From a virus: DNA of 64,000 bases. Under the pieces are notes generated by a model. The model had not been told where the DNA came from and ran no database searches. It was given only the letters and a program-made list of their open reading frames with translations. A program made the translations under genes and the position numbers. This document shows, one piece after another, positions 37,356-46,319 of the stretch (its first letter is position 1; each line of letters opens with the position of its first letter). The stretch lies in the IMG/VR virus record IMGVR_UViG_3300021961_000021; one strand, written 5' to 3'.

Positions 37356-37987
37356 ACAGTTCTTCCAAAAAATAATAGCGTGAGTCTACCAGTAGCAAGA
37401 TCATTTCCGAAGAAATCACCTCCAGAATGATACTTTCTACCATCAAATATGATGCAACGATTATATCTTGCTTCAATAGTAGTGTTAGGAACGAAGTGCT
37501 TGTTACATTCGTCTCTATGCTTATTTAACCTAGATCGTAAAGTAACATCATCAGTTTGCACATTTGTTTGGAACTCTTCTTGGTAATCGACACTATCATC
37601 ATTGATTGGAACATCATACAGTGATGTACCACAACCTTGAGGATATTCTGGATTTAAATATATCAAACCACCAATACCAAAGTCATCATCATCACGGTGA
37701 ATCCACCCAGATTCATAATCACTTGTGCACAGGTGGAATGTTACATCCAGTCGTTCAAAGTGAGACTTATCTGGTAGATACTGAATTAACTTCGATGCTA
37801 AACGTTGATGGAAGTTCCAATCAAGTTCGTGCATCAAAGGTGCTGCTCTTTGCCCTGGCCAATTACCTTTATTCGGGTGATCTTTGCAGGGAAAGTAATT
37901 CAATGTGAGTGCCCAATTTCTTATCACAGACGGTGTTTCAAAGAAATTGTCAACAACTATCGTCGGAATGGGTTGATAAAGGGACAT
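37352..37987 (-). CDS. 2OG-Fe(II) oxygenase (DUF6445-like)
   Basis: VVDNFFETP...WPGQR...WIHRD...GLIYLNP...GTSLY...RYNRCIIFDG..YH...RLTLLFF. Confidence 0.82.
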   Translation of the reverse strand: MSLYQPIPTIVVDNFFETPSVIRNWALTLNYFPCKDHPNKGNWPGQRAAPLMHELDWNFHQRLASKLIQYLPDKSHFERLDVTFHLCTSDYESGWIHRDDDDFGIGGLIYLNPEYPQGCGTSLYDVPINDDSVDYQEEFQTNVQTDDVTLRSRLNKHRDECNKHFVPNTTIEARYNRCIIFDGRKYHSGGDFFGNDLATGRLTLLFFGRTV

Positions 37988-38664
37988 TTTGTAGGACGTT
38001 TTCCAAACATTAACTGCTGTGATAGATGTGGAATCAAATGTTTAAGATTCACACGTTTCTCAAATGTACTTATCTGTTCAAGTGATGGAGTCGATTTAAT
38101 CATATCGAATGACTCGGTGAGATCATTCTCCTTGTAAAATGCAAATCGATAGAGTGGATCACCACGTTTGATTATCACTGGTTTTGTCTTATCTACGACA
38201 TCAAATGCAAATGCACCGAGTCTAGACCAATCAGATAAGTTCCACCAACCACCAACAAGAGTTAGATTGTTGTTGACTGATGTAAGTCCACAGTCCTTCT
38301 GTTCAACCCAGATGTGTTTAGAATCTGTCCACAAATAGAACTTGGGAATGTGTAACTGAAATGTGCCAGTGTTCTGCCAGTTCTGAATAGGTTCAACGTA
38401 ATTGTTGATAGGTACGTTGGTGGATTCAATTCTCTCGTTCTCATAGTCTATGAACAGAGTTATATCTCTTGGAGAATATACTGTGAACTCTCGTTTAGAT
38501 TTGTGTGACCAAGCAGGACACTTATGATACATTATCTCTTTAGGGTCAAATTGTTCATAAAACCGTTTTGGTTCTATACCAATGCCATCCACATTCAGCG
38601 GTGATTGCAGCGCAGGTGGACCTGCAGCACCCTCAAATTGATAATAGTATATCTGGGTAGTCAT
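37957..38664 (-). CDS. CP-motif protein (DUF6065/dUTPase-fold-like), function unknown
   Basis: YHKCPAW...IKRGDPLYRF...C-terminal TKCPF; resembles 40158-40952. Confidence 0.6.
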   Translation of the reverse strand: MTTQIYYYQFEGAAGPPALQSPLNVDGIGIEPKRFYEQFDPKEIMYHKCPAWSHKSKREFTVYSPRDITLFIDYENERIESTNVPINNYVEPIQNWQNTGTFQLHIPKFYLWTDSKHIWVEQKDCGLTSVNNNLTLVGGWWNLSDWSRLGAFAFDVVDKTKPVIIKRGDPLYRFAFYKENDLTESFDMIKSTPSLEQISTFEKRVNLKHLIPHLSQQLMFGKRPTKCPFINPFRR

Positions 38665-38744
38665 TTCTTCTTAAATAAGAATCTAAAGGGACACTTTGGT
38701 TCTGCTTTTGTACCAAAGATCTTTTCTTTAAGTTTCCTGTACAT
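38661..38744 (-). CDS. 27-aa peptide MYRKLKEKIFGTKAEPKCPFRFLFKKK (not in track)
   Basis: ATG lies inside the 3' end of 38728-39270; TGA overlaps the ATG of 37957-38664; exactly fills the gap. Confidence 0.6.
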   Translation of the reverse strand: MYRKLKEKIFGTKAEPKCPFRFLFKKK

Positions 38745-39270
38745 AATTAAAGTTGATAACAAGACGGTGAGATGATGTAATTGGACAGGATGATGCGTGA
38801 TACGTTAAACCATCAAAGATAACCAATCTACCTTTCTTTGGAGTTACGGTGTCACATACATTTTCATTCTCATCGAAGAAATGTGTATCACCATCACTAT
38901 CATTCACATAATATAGTGCTGTCGTGTGTGGACACTCAGCGTCAATATGTGGCATATTATACCCCAACTTAGTGGGTAGAAGCAACCCACCTTTAGCACG
39001 GAGCAGTCTAAAGTTCCCGTTTCCTACAAAACTGAGAAAAAGGGGAAATGCAAAATCCCAAAACTGTGATTCATATTCTGTTGAAGAATCATAGAACAGA
39101 TGAGCAAACCCAGGTGTTCCACTAGCATTTGGAAACTTACTCTTTAGAGAATCGACGTTCTTGTATGTGACCTCGTTTAGAAACATCCAGGGGAACCGAA
39201 TGTTCGTCATCATTGCCTCAATCTTGTCCTGATAGAGTTCAGGTATTACGTTATCAACAATTTGTATCAT
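38728..39270 (-). CDS. 2OG-Fe(II) oxygenase
   Basis: PHID...LYYVNDSDGDT...PKKGRLVIFDGLTYH...RLVINFN; paralog of 36013-36651. Confidence 0.88.
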   Translation of the reverse strand: MIQIVDNVIPELYQDKIEAMMTNIRFPWMFLNEVTYKNVDSLKSKFPNASGTPGFAHLFYDSSTEYESQFWDFAFPLFLSFVGNGNFRLLRAKGGLLLPTKLGYNMPHIDAECPHTTALYYVNDSDGDTHFFDENENVCDTVTPKKGRLVIFDGLTYHASSCPITSSHRLVINFNYVQET

Positions 39271-39850
39271 AATTAATCGTCATACATACTCGATCATCAT
39301 CAATTAAGTTTGCCTGTGTTCTGTGTTTTAACCAACCAGGAAATACTAGAATGTCACCAGTTCTAACCTCTACTTCATTCCACAGATTAAGTTGTGGTTC
39401 ACCAGGAGTTCCCCAACGATGATATTCTAATGGATCTCGATATTCAAAATTACCTGTTCCAGGATTACATTTCAGATAACAAGATACCACCAATGATGTA
39501 CCATTGTGGTAATGTTCTCTCGTGGCACCACCTTTCTTGTGGACATTCACCCAAGATCTGATAGGACTTGGCATACCATTTGGATACCCCCAGTGTGACT
39601 GTATTTCAATCAATTTTGGTTGCAACCACAGTAAAAACTCTTCAAGTATTTCCCAGTGATGTGGTGCCTGATGCTGATTATATGCAGTAGAGATTGCGCT
39701 ACCAGTTTCTAATGCAGAACCAGTTGCCCAGTTGTCTCTAGTATTCTCAATTAGTTTTCCAACGTGTTCTTGTAGAGATTGATTTTCGTAATTGAAATCA
39801 TATCTCAATCTCCACAAGTATGCTGGACTAATATGTAATGGTTCCATCAA
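39254..39850 (-). CDS. 2OG-Fe(II) oxygenase (HxH type)
   Basis: SWVNVH...EHYH...GDILVFPGWLKH...RVCMTIN. Confidence 0.88.
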   Translation of the reverse strand: MMEPLHISPAYLWRLRYDFNYENQSLQEHVGKLIENTRDNWATGSALETGSAISTAYNQHQAPHHWEILEEFLLWLQPKLIEIQSHWGYPNGMPSPIRSWVNVHKKGGATREHYHNGTSLVVSCYLKCNPGTGNFEYRDPLEYHRWGTPGEPQLNLWNEVEVRTGDILVFPGWLKHRTQANLIDDDRVCMTINYDTNC

Positions 39851-40161
39851 TCACTTCTGCCGCCGATCACCTCAATTTCTTCAGATGGAGCAACGCCAGT
39901 GACACCAATATCACTCAGAGAAGGAATAGATACATCACCAGATTGCCCAAGAACTTCACTCCTACAGATCAGAAGAGCATCAATAGCACCTTCAAGTTGA
40001 GACTTACGTCTAAATGCTTCACTACGCTTCTCAAACTCAATAGTTGTAACACCATAAGGATTCAGTTTTTTATCACTGAACTCTGTGTCGTACTTTTCAA
40101 TTTCAACTTCAATTTGTTGTTTCTGAAGATAAAAGTTTTGAATCAATTCATCAATAGTCAT
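39847..40161 (-). CDS. Hypothetical coiled-coil protein
   Basis: 104-aa ORF, ATGA-coupled on both sides. Confidence 0.65.
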   Translation of the reverse strand: MTIDELIQNFYLQKQQIEVEIEKYDTEFSDKKLNPYGVTTIEFEKRSEAFRRKSQLEGAIDALLICRSEVLGQSGDVSIPSLSDIGVTGVAPSEEIEVIGGRSD

Positions 40162-40952
40162 TTGTTTTCTCCATTTGTGTGATACTTGATTGCCTGCATT
40201 GCTCGCTTAATTCTGCCCTGAACGTTATCGTGAACCATCCACTCAGAACGAATAGAATAATTAAAAGCGTGTTCTAAATCCCAATCTGCTTCAGTAGCAT
40301 TACCCACAGTAACGTCATACCAATTTCTTTCAAGAACTGAACGAGGCATAGGTATATATTGACATAGAGGAGTACCTGCTTTGATTAATGTACCCTGAGG
40401 ACCAGAATCCATAACGTGCCATAAAAGTTGCACGTTTGCTTGCATAGCAAAGCGAGGATCAAATATACCAGTTACTGCTTGGAATCTTTCCTCATTATTC
40501 CAATGAACGTGTGTCTGAAGAAGAACAAGATCATCAGAAGCACGAACTCTCCAGGGTGTTTCAACCTTCACAATGTGCTTAAGAGTATCTCTAGGACTAT
40601 CAATCAGTGGAATAACTTGCTCTGGAGCGTGATCTGAGATGTAGTTAGACTGTCGAGTGAAAGTGTTAGGTACTTCCCAGTTAAATGATACACCATCACC
40701 ATTGGTAATGATGATAAAGTCCATTGGAGCAACCATTACATAACCCATACGGGCAATCTGTTTGATTCCAGGACAATTTGAACTGTTCTGAGATCCTTGG
40801 AAAGGACAGCGCATATCTTTAACATCTGGTTGCATCCAAGACCTTTTGATCTTGGAGGTTTCCATCACTGGATAACACTCAGCAAGTCCAGGTTCAAGAC
40901 TATGAAACCTCAACCAGGACTTCTTTGGTTTAAATAAGTTCTTCACGAACAT
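40158..40952 (-). CDS. CP-motif protein (DUF6065/dUTPase-fold-like), function unknown
   Basis: Likely start MFVKNLFK at 40952 with a GGAGAGG RBS; RCPF...NCPGIKQ...KVETPWRV...AVTGI...IKAGTPLCQYIP. Confidence 0.65.
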   Translation of the reverse strand: MFVKNLFKPKKSWLRFHSLEPGLAECYPVMETSKIKRSWMQPDVKDMRCPFQGSQNSSNCPGIKQIARMGYVMVAPMDFIIITNGDGVSFNWEVPNTFTRQSNYISDHAPEQVIPLIDSPRDTLKHIVKVETPWRVRASDDLVLLQTHVHWNNEERFQAVTGIFDPRFAMQANVQLLWHVMDSGPQGTLIKAGTPLCQYIPMPRSVLERNWYDVTVGNATEADWDLEHAFNYSIRSEWMVHDNVQGRIKRAMQAIKYHTNGENK

Positions 40953-42570
40953 TGTCCTCTCCATAAATGTTTTCAAGAAGGTATTCGTAGTGAGTGGGAC
41001 ACTCACCACTCTCAACAAAATCATTCACTTCCTTCTGATACTCTAGGTGAGCATTTTCAAGAAATACTATTTCATCTGGATCTCTGGTATCAATCCAATC
41101 TGTCCCAAGCATCATACCCATACCAGCAGCAATGTAGTTCATACCATTCATATTAACATCCATCTTTTGATCCAGGTCCAGTGAAGAACCCAATCTTTCA
41201 TAGTTGTCATTGATACGAACAAAACCATCCATTTGTTCACTAACATACTCATTACGTTGAGTACACCAGCGCCAGTAGGGATTATCAGTACGCATAGACA
41301 GTGCATAGTGCATTGCCACAAACTTACTGAAACCAATTACTTCACGTTGTGCTGCATAGTTAAACCAATTACGCTCAATACGAGTTACATAACCTTTGCG
41401 TCTATTAAGGATATCTACGAGTCTAAGGATATTCTCGTGAGTTGTCAACAATCCAGTGGACTCCAATGGTTCAACAAAACCATAAGATAGACCGATACCA
41501 ACTACATTCAGGTTCCACGCTTTCTCGTGATAACCGTGCTTAATATCCAATTTACCAACAGTATATTCTCCAGGTTGAACGTTGAATTTCTTTTCAATCC
41601 ACTGCTCAAACTCTGGTTCAACTTCAGATTCCATAGCAAATCGTGAAGACCAACAGTAACCAACACCAATACGATTCCAGAGAGGAATAGTCCACATCCA
41701 ACCATTAGATGCTGCTTCACAGTCAGTGACGTTGTGCATCAGTCGCTCACGATCTTCTTGAGATTTATAGGGAATACGAGCAAACAGTGCTTTATTATTT
41801 GCCAGATCATCAAATGGAATGAATCTTGTTCCTAACTGACCTTCAAGAAGAACACTTGCAAATCCACTACAATCAATGAAAAGATCACCAATCACACCGA
41901 TTGTACGATTGTCTTCGACTAAGCGAACAGCGAGTTGTTTGATCTCACGATTAGATTCTGCAGGAGAACCACCAGCGGTTACATCCTTAACCATACCACG
42001 AACTTCACCCACAACGTGAGTAAATCGACCTTCATACTTATAGCAAACGTTATCACGCAGATACTCACCGAAGAGAGTAGCATCCATATGATACGCTACA
42101 TCAGTTTTCCAGTTAAAGTTACGCCATCTACCATCACGATTATCCCACTGCTTGTTGTGCTTCACCAGAGCACAGTTCTCTTTATTGAAGAACTCAGCAA
42201 ATGTCTCAGGGGGATACTTATCTGGATCATTCTTGGCAAGATCAAACCAATCACCAATACCCCTAAGAGTATTAGTATAGTCAAATACACCAAATGGATA
42301 TTGGAAAACGCTATCGATTTCTCGGAAATTTGTAAATTGAATGCTATTTTTATAGGTAGCATTGCAGGCAGGCATCCAGTCTTTATCTTCAAGACCAAGT
42401 GCACTCAGATAATTATTAAAATGCCCAAGTGTAGACTCACCCACACCAACTGTAGGTTTGTCACTTTCAACCAATACAACATTGATCCAAGGACATAGTT
42501 TAAGCAATGCAGCAGCGGTCATCCATCCAGATGAACCTCCACCAACAATAACAACATTTTCAACCTTCAT
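40930..42570 (-). CDS. Flavin-dependent halogenase (tryptophan halogenase/PrnA family)
   Basis: GGGSSG FAD motif, VGEST, ATYK (position of the catalytic Lys), GWMWTIP, FVEPLESTG. Confidence 0.92.
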   Translation of the reverse strand: MKVENVVIVGGGSSGWMTAAALLKLCPWINVVLVESDKPTVGVGESTLGHFNNYLSALGLEDKDWMPACNATYKNSIQFTNFREIDSVFQYPFGVFDYTNTLRGIGDWFDLAKNDPDKYPPETFAEFFNKENCALVKHNKQWDNRDGRWRNFNWKTDVAYHMDATLFGEYLRDNVCYKYEGRFTHVVGEVRGMVKDVTAGGSPAESNREIKQLAVRLVEDNRTIGVIGDLFIDCSGFASVLLEGQLGTRFIPFDDLANNKALFARIPYKSQEDRERLMHNVTDCEAASNGWMWTIPLWNRIGVGYCWSSRFAMESEVEPEFEQWIEKKFNVQPGEYTVGKLDIKHGYHEKAWNLNVVGIGLSYGFVEPLESTGLLTTHENILRLVDILNRRKGYVTRIERNWFNYAAQREVIGFSKFVAMHYALSMRTDNPYWRWCTQRNEYVSEQMDGFVRINDNYERLGSSLDLDQKMDVNMNGMNYIAAGMGMMLGTDWIDTRDPDEIVFLENAHLEYQKEVNDFVESGECPTHYEYLLENIYGEDNVREELI

Positions 42571-42572
42571 AG

Positions 42573-44057
42573 TTACTCCTCTTGTCCTTTATATAGGTGG
42601 TCTTTGTAGTATTGAGTAGTTCGGGGATACGAACTTAGGTCTTTTGGTCGAAGTCTATCAGATATTTGCACTGAACAATCAGACACAGGATAACCATCCC
42701 TGAGAGACAATTCTTTATATCTCTCTGGCATCATATCATATTCATATCCACCCAGCAAGTATGCCATACCGTGTGCAATTACATCCAATCTATGCATTTC
42801 TGTCCAATCAAGAGTGAATGTATTTGGAAATTCCCCAAGGAAGTCAAGTTGGTTATATTCCTTCCAGAATGGAGTATCAGTACGATTACCCATAACATAA
42901 TGCTTCACAACAAAATCACGGAAAGAAGTGAATCTTTCTTTCACTGAATGATTAAATGCTGTCCTAAGATGCCCATTCCAGAATTTCTGACTTGTAGGAA
43001 GAACCTGAATAAGTTTAAACAAGAATTCGTGAACTGAGAACAATCCACCCGATTCAAGGGGTTCGATAAATCCTGCAGAAAGACCAATTCCTACAACGTT
43101 ATGCTTCCATACTTCCTTTCTGATGCCCGTTGGCCATTTCAACAGGCGAAAGTTCTCGTCTGGTTCATCCTCAGCACCAAGAAATGCCTTGAATTCTTTT
43201 AGTGCATCCTCATCTGAGATGTGCCTATCACAGAAGTTATATCCTGTGCCAATTCTACTGTAAGTAGGAACTGTCCACACCCAACCTGCACTCAATCCAG
43301 TACAGTTAGTGTATGCCATCAGTTCACGATCTCTATCTTTATACTGTCTGCGAATTGCCCAAGTAGAATTATTGAACAATACTTTGCTCCAGTCTTCCCA
43401 TTCTGAGTGTACTTTGTTCAACAACAAGGCACGGAATCCTGTGCAATCTATGTACAGATCAGCAGTAATGAACCTGCCACTATCCCCAAGATAAAGTCGA
43501 TCAATTCCGTCCACGCTGACATCAATATCAGTAACCGTCTCTTGAATATGTTCAATTCCTCTAGGGATGGCATAATGGTCTCTAAGATAATTTGCAAATC
43601 TAACAGCATCTAGATGATATCCACAATCCTTATCAAGGAATGGTGGATACAATCTACCACACTCAATTGGATCAATAGCGTCAGAAAAGACACGGCAAAA
43701 TGTCATACTATTCACGTCGTGATCTCTTCTCCAGTTGAAGTAATCATTCAAAGGAAGAACAACACCAGAAGGTCCAAACGGATAATGAAAAGGACCATTC
43801 TCGTTGAAGTTTACAAATCTAACGGAATGTTTGTATGTTGCATCACACGCAGGCATCCAGTCTTCATCTTTAAGACCCAGATACTTTATGAATTCGTTAA
43901 AAAACTGAGTAGTGGACTCCCCCACTCCAATGGTAGGTACATTGGGAGATTCCACTACTGTGATTTTTTTGGTATTACCAAAGTGTTTTGACAGAACAGA
44001 TGCTGTCATCCACCCTGCACTGCCACCACCGACAATGCAGATATGATCTAGTTTCAT
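42573..44057 (-). CDS. Flavin-dependent halogenase (tryptophan halogenase/PrnA family), second copy
   Basis: GGGSAG, IGVGEST, ATYK, GWVWTVP, FIEPLESGG. Confidence 0.92.
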   Translation of the reverse strand: MKLDHICIVGGGSAGWMTASVLSKHFGNTKKITVVESPNVPTIGVGESTTQFFNEFIKYLGLKDEDWMPACDATYKHSVRFVNFNENGPFHYPFGPSGVVLPLNDYFNWRRDHDVNSMTFCRVFSDAIDPIECGRLYPPFLDKDCGYHLDAVRFANYLRDHYAIPRGIEHIQETVTDIDVSVDGIDRLYLGDSGRFITADLYIDCTGFRALLLNKVHSEWEDWSKVLFNNSTWAIRRQYKDRDRELMAYTNCTGLSAGWVWTVPTYSRIGTGYNFCDRHISDEDALKEFKAFLGAEDEPDENFRLLKWPTGIRKEVWKHNVVGIGLSAGFIEPLESGGLFSVHEFLFKLIQVLPTSQKFWNGHLRTAFNHSVKERFTSFRDFVVKHYVMGNRTDTPFWKEYNQLDFLGEFPNTFTLDWTEMHRLDVIAHGMAYLLGGYEYDMMPERYKELSLRDGYPVSDCSVQISDRLRPKDLSSYPRTTQYYKDHLYKGQEE

Positions 44058-44060
44058 AAA

Positions 44061-44585
44061 TCAGATTTCAGGTTCTTCGTAAGTACGACCCCAGTTGCTA
44101 TAACGTTCCCAGCAAGGAAGATCTTGTTGAGACAGTTTGCAAGGACGATGTTTGCCAGGTTCAGCAGCATCAGACATAAACAAAGCAATTTCTTCCTCTG
44201 TCATTGTGGGATCCATCACTTCTTCAACTGAAGAAGGACGAACAGTATTCTCTTTTACTGCTTTGATATGATTATACCACAAAGCATCAGCAGCGCCAAG
44301 ATCTCTACCAGCAGCGATATCTTGGAACAGCATATCAAGTTGCTGACCAATTTCGCCGTATGCTACACGACGAATTGTTGCAGGATCACCATAGACATCA
44401 TCGCGCTTGATCCATACCATATCCTGAGCAGAAGGAGACCACTCAAGAGTCCAGGTTTTAGTGATATCATCGGGTGCATTTACCCACATCTGTGAGCAAC
44501 CACGTCCAAGAAATAAAGTATATTCTTCGCCAGGTTCTACGATGTCCGCAACGTAACCTGTGAAATCCATCAATGCTTTTTTCAT
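44061..44585 (-). CDS. Fibre-associated hypothetical protein (possible assembly chaperone)
   Basis: Directly follows the fibre gene; RRVAYGEIGQQLDMLFQDI...W...IKAVKE segment resembles fibre-adjacent small proteins. Confidence 0.6.
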   Translation of the reverse strand: MKKALMDFTGYVADIVEPGEEYTLFLGRGCSQMWVNAPDDITKTWTLEWSPSAQDMVWIKRDDVYGDPATIRRVAYGEIGQQLDMLFQDIAAGRDLGAADALWYNHIKAVKENTVRPSSVEEVMDPTMTEEEIALFMSDAAEPGKHRPCKLSQQDLPCWERYSNWGRTYEEPEI

Positions 44586-44595
44586 TTAATTTACC

Positions 44596-45396
44596 TCACT
44601 TATAGTTGATAACACAGACCACACCATACTTGCCGTTAGAACCACGGAAAGAGTGGAAGTGACCACCAGAACCACCAGAACCATATGCCGAGTGATCTTG
44701 GTGATTGTGGGAGAAGTTGCCACCATTGGGCCAACCACCCGAAACTGCACCGCCAAAGTGAGAAGAACCACCAACACCACCGCCACCGCCGTGGTGAGAT
44801 TGTCCGCCACCACCCCATACGTTCAGGTCACCGCCAGAACCATTTCTGCCGAGACCACCAGAGTGTTGATTGTTTCTGTTAGCACCGTGTCCACCACCTG
44901 CAGACAGATAAGGACCGAAAGATGATGTACCACCATCACCACCGTGACCAAAGTACCAAGTACCACCGCCACCACCACCAACAGTGATGCTCACGGATGA
45001 GATGTTAGCAACGTTAATTACTCGTTCAGAGTAACCACCAGCAGCACCAGATTCACCGTGACCCGATGCGCCACCGCCACCACCTTGGACACGAACGTGG
45101 ATATATTTCACACCAGAAGGACGGTTCCAAGTGCCGTTACCCGTCCAAACTTGCAGAGATTGAATATTCTCAGAGGTAACCGATGCCCAAGACATCGAGG
45201 AACCATTGTTTGTGAGAAACTTACCACTTTGACCAGAAACGGACGGAACAATCTGACCCGAAGAACCAGACATCGTACCGTTAATGGTGATGTTGCTAAC
45301 AGTCAGATTCCCGTTAGCAGTAATATTGCCTGATGCAAGTGAAAAACCACCAATGCCAGACAGGTCTCTAATAGATGCAACTTTTAGTGTACTCAT
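44596..45396 (-). CDS. Gly/His-rich tail fibre-like protein
   Basis: MSTLKVASIRD N-terminus; GTWNRPSGVKYIHVRVQGGGGG...GYSERVI...ITVGGGG...GGTSSFG glycine-rich fibre domain. Confidence 0.8.
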   Translation of the reverse strand: MSTLKVASIRDLSGIGGFSLASGNITANGNLTVSNITINGTMSGSSGQIVPSVSGQSGKFLTNNGSSMSWASVTSENIQSLQVWTGNGTWNRPSGVKYIHVRVQGGGGGASGHGESGAAGGYSERVINVANISSVSITVGGGGGGTWYFGHGGDGGTSSFGPYLSAGGGHGANRNNQHSGGLGRNGSGGDLNVWGGGGQSHHGGGGGVGGSSHFGGAVSGGWPNGGNFSHNHQDHSAYGSGGSGGHFHSFRGSNGKYGVVCVINYK

Positions 45397-45421
45397 TTTG
45401 CCTGCGAAATTTTCCTAGAGT

Positions 45422-45429
45422 TATTTATA
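45422..45429 (-). promoter_or_regulatory. T4-type late promoter TATAAATA
   Basis: Exact consensus 26 nt upstream of the fibre ATG. Confidence 0.8.
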
Positions 45430-45440
45430 AGTTAGAAGGA

Positions 45441-46289
45441 TCAGGAGAAGTTCTGTCTTTCAATCATCACAGTGATTGGTGCTGTTCCAAGGGTTTGGTT
45501 AACAATACTAACTTCACAACGTTGAATTAAACCACTAGCACCACTACCACCATCACGATAGTAAACATTGCAACTCTGTCCATTTACAGTCCACCCAGTA
45601 GGTGTACCAGTTCCACCATCAAATCTAGTATAAACGATAAAACGTGCTACTGAACCACCATCAAGGGGAACATTTGTTAGGTTGATTGTATAGTTACCAC
45701 CACCATCTTTGTTTACCCAAATCTGACCACCACGATTCCAGTCGTGGTTTACAGTTCCACTTGACTGATAGTAATAAATGTGTTCTTTAATACCACTATG
45801 AGCAAGCGTACCTGTAAATGTACCGTGACCAGACTCAATATCAACGAAGTGAGCATACGAAAGATCGTCGTCACCCATAATCATCCAGGTGGCATTATTC
45901 TCAATGGTAACAGTGTAACCATTTTGAATTTCCAGGGGACCAGCAGAGAAACCGTTGGTAAACTCCACACCACCATTAAATACAGGTCCAATAGTGATGT
46001 TTTCACTGATAGCAGTACCATTAGTACGAATGATAGAATCTTCGCCCAAAGAAGGACCACCGCCACCAACATCATCCCAACCAGGGTTACCCGCTTGAGC
46101 ATCTTGCAGGTAAATCTGTGCCATATCTTCAGTGGTGTTATATACCACCGTTCCATAGGCAGGTGTACCCAGAGCGTTAATCTGAGTTTGGTTCAGAGAT
46201 GGAAGATTGAGTTGTTCGGAGATAGACCAGGCAGTAACCAAACCTCTGGTCGCTGCCTGTATCTGATTACCATTAATCTTAGTTGCCAT
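45441..46289 (-). CDS. Tail fibre-like structural protein
   Basis: GTVVYNTT...GWDDVGGGGPSLGEDSIIRTNG..ISENITI segment typical of cyanophage fibres. Confidence 0.75.
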   Translation of the reverse strand: MATKINGNQIQAATRGLVTAWSISEQLNLPSLNQTQINALGTPAYGTVVYNTTEDMAQIYLQDAQAGNPGWDDVGGGGPSLGEDSIIRTNGTAISENITIGPVFNGGVEFTNGFSAGPLEIQNGYTVTIENNATWMIMGDDDLSYAHFVDIESGHGTFTGTLAHSGIKEHIYYYQSSGTVNHDWNRGGQIWVNKDGGGNYTINLTNVPLDGGSVARFIVYTRFDGGTGTPTGWTVNGQSCNVYYRDGGSGASGLIQRCEVSIVNQTLGTAPITVMIERQNFS

Positions 46290-46311
46290 TTGCCCCTAGT
46301 TCCTGTACTAC

Positions 46312-46319
46312 TATTTAGA
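46312..46319 (-). promoter_or_regulatory. Late promoter variant (TCTAAATA)
   Basis: NNTAAATA 22 nt upstream of 46289. Confidence 0.45.

Noticed and set aside
44596-45396. Collagen-like repeats as prolyl-hydroxylase substrate
   Set aside because: Gly-rich, but with no Gly-X-Y periodicity and few prolines.
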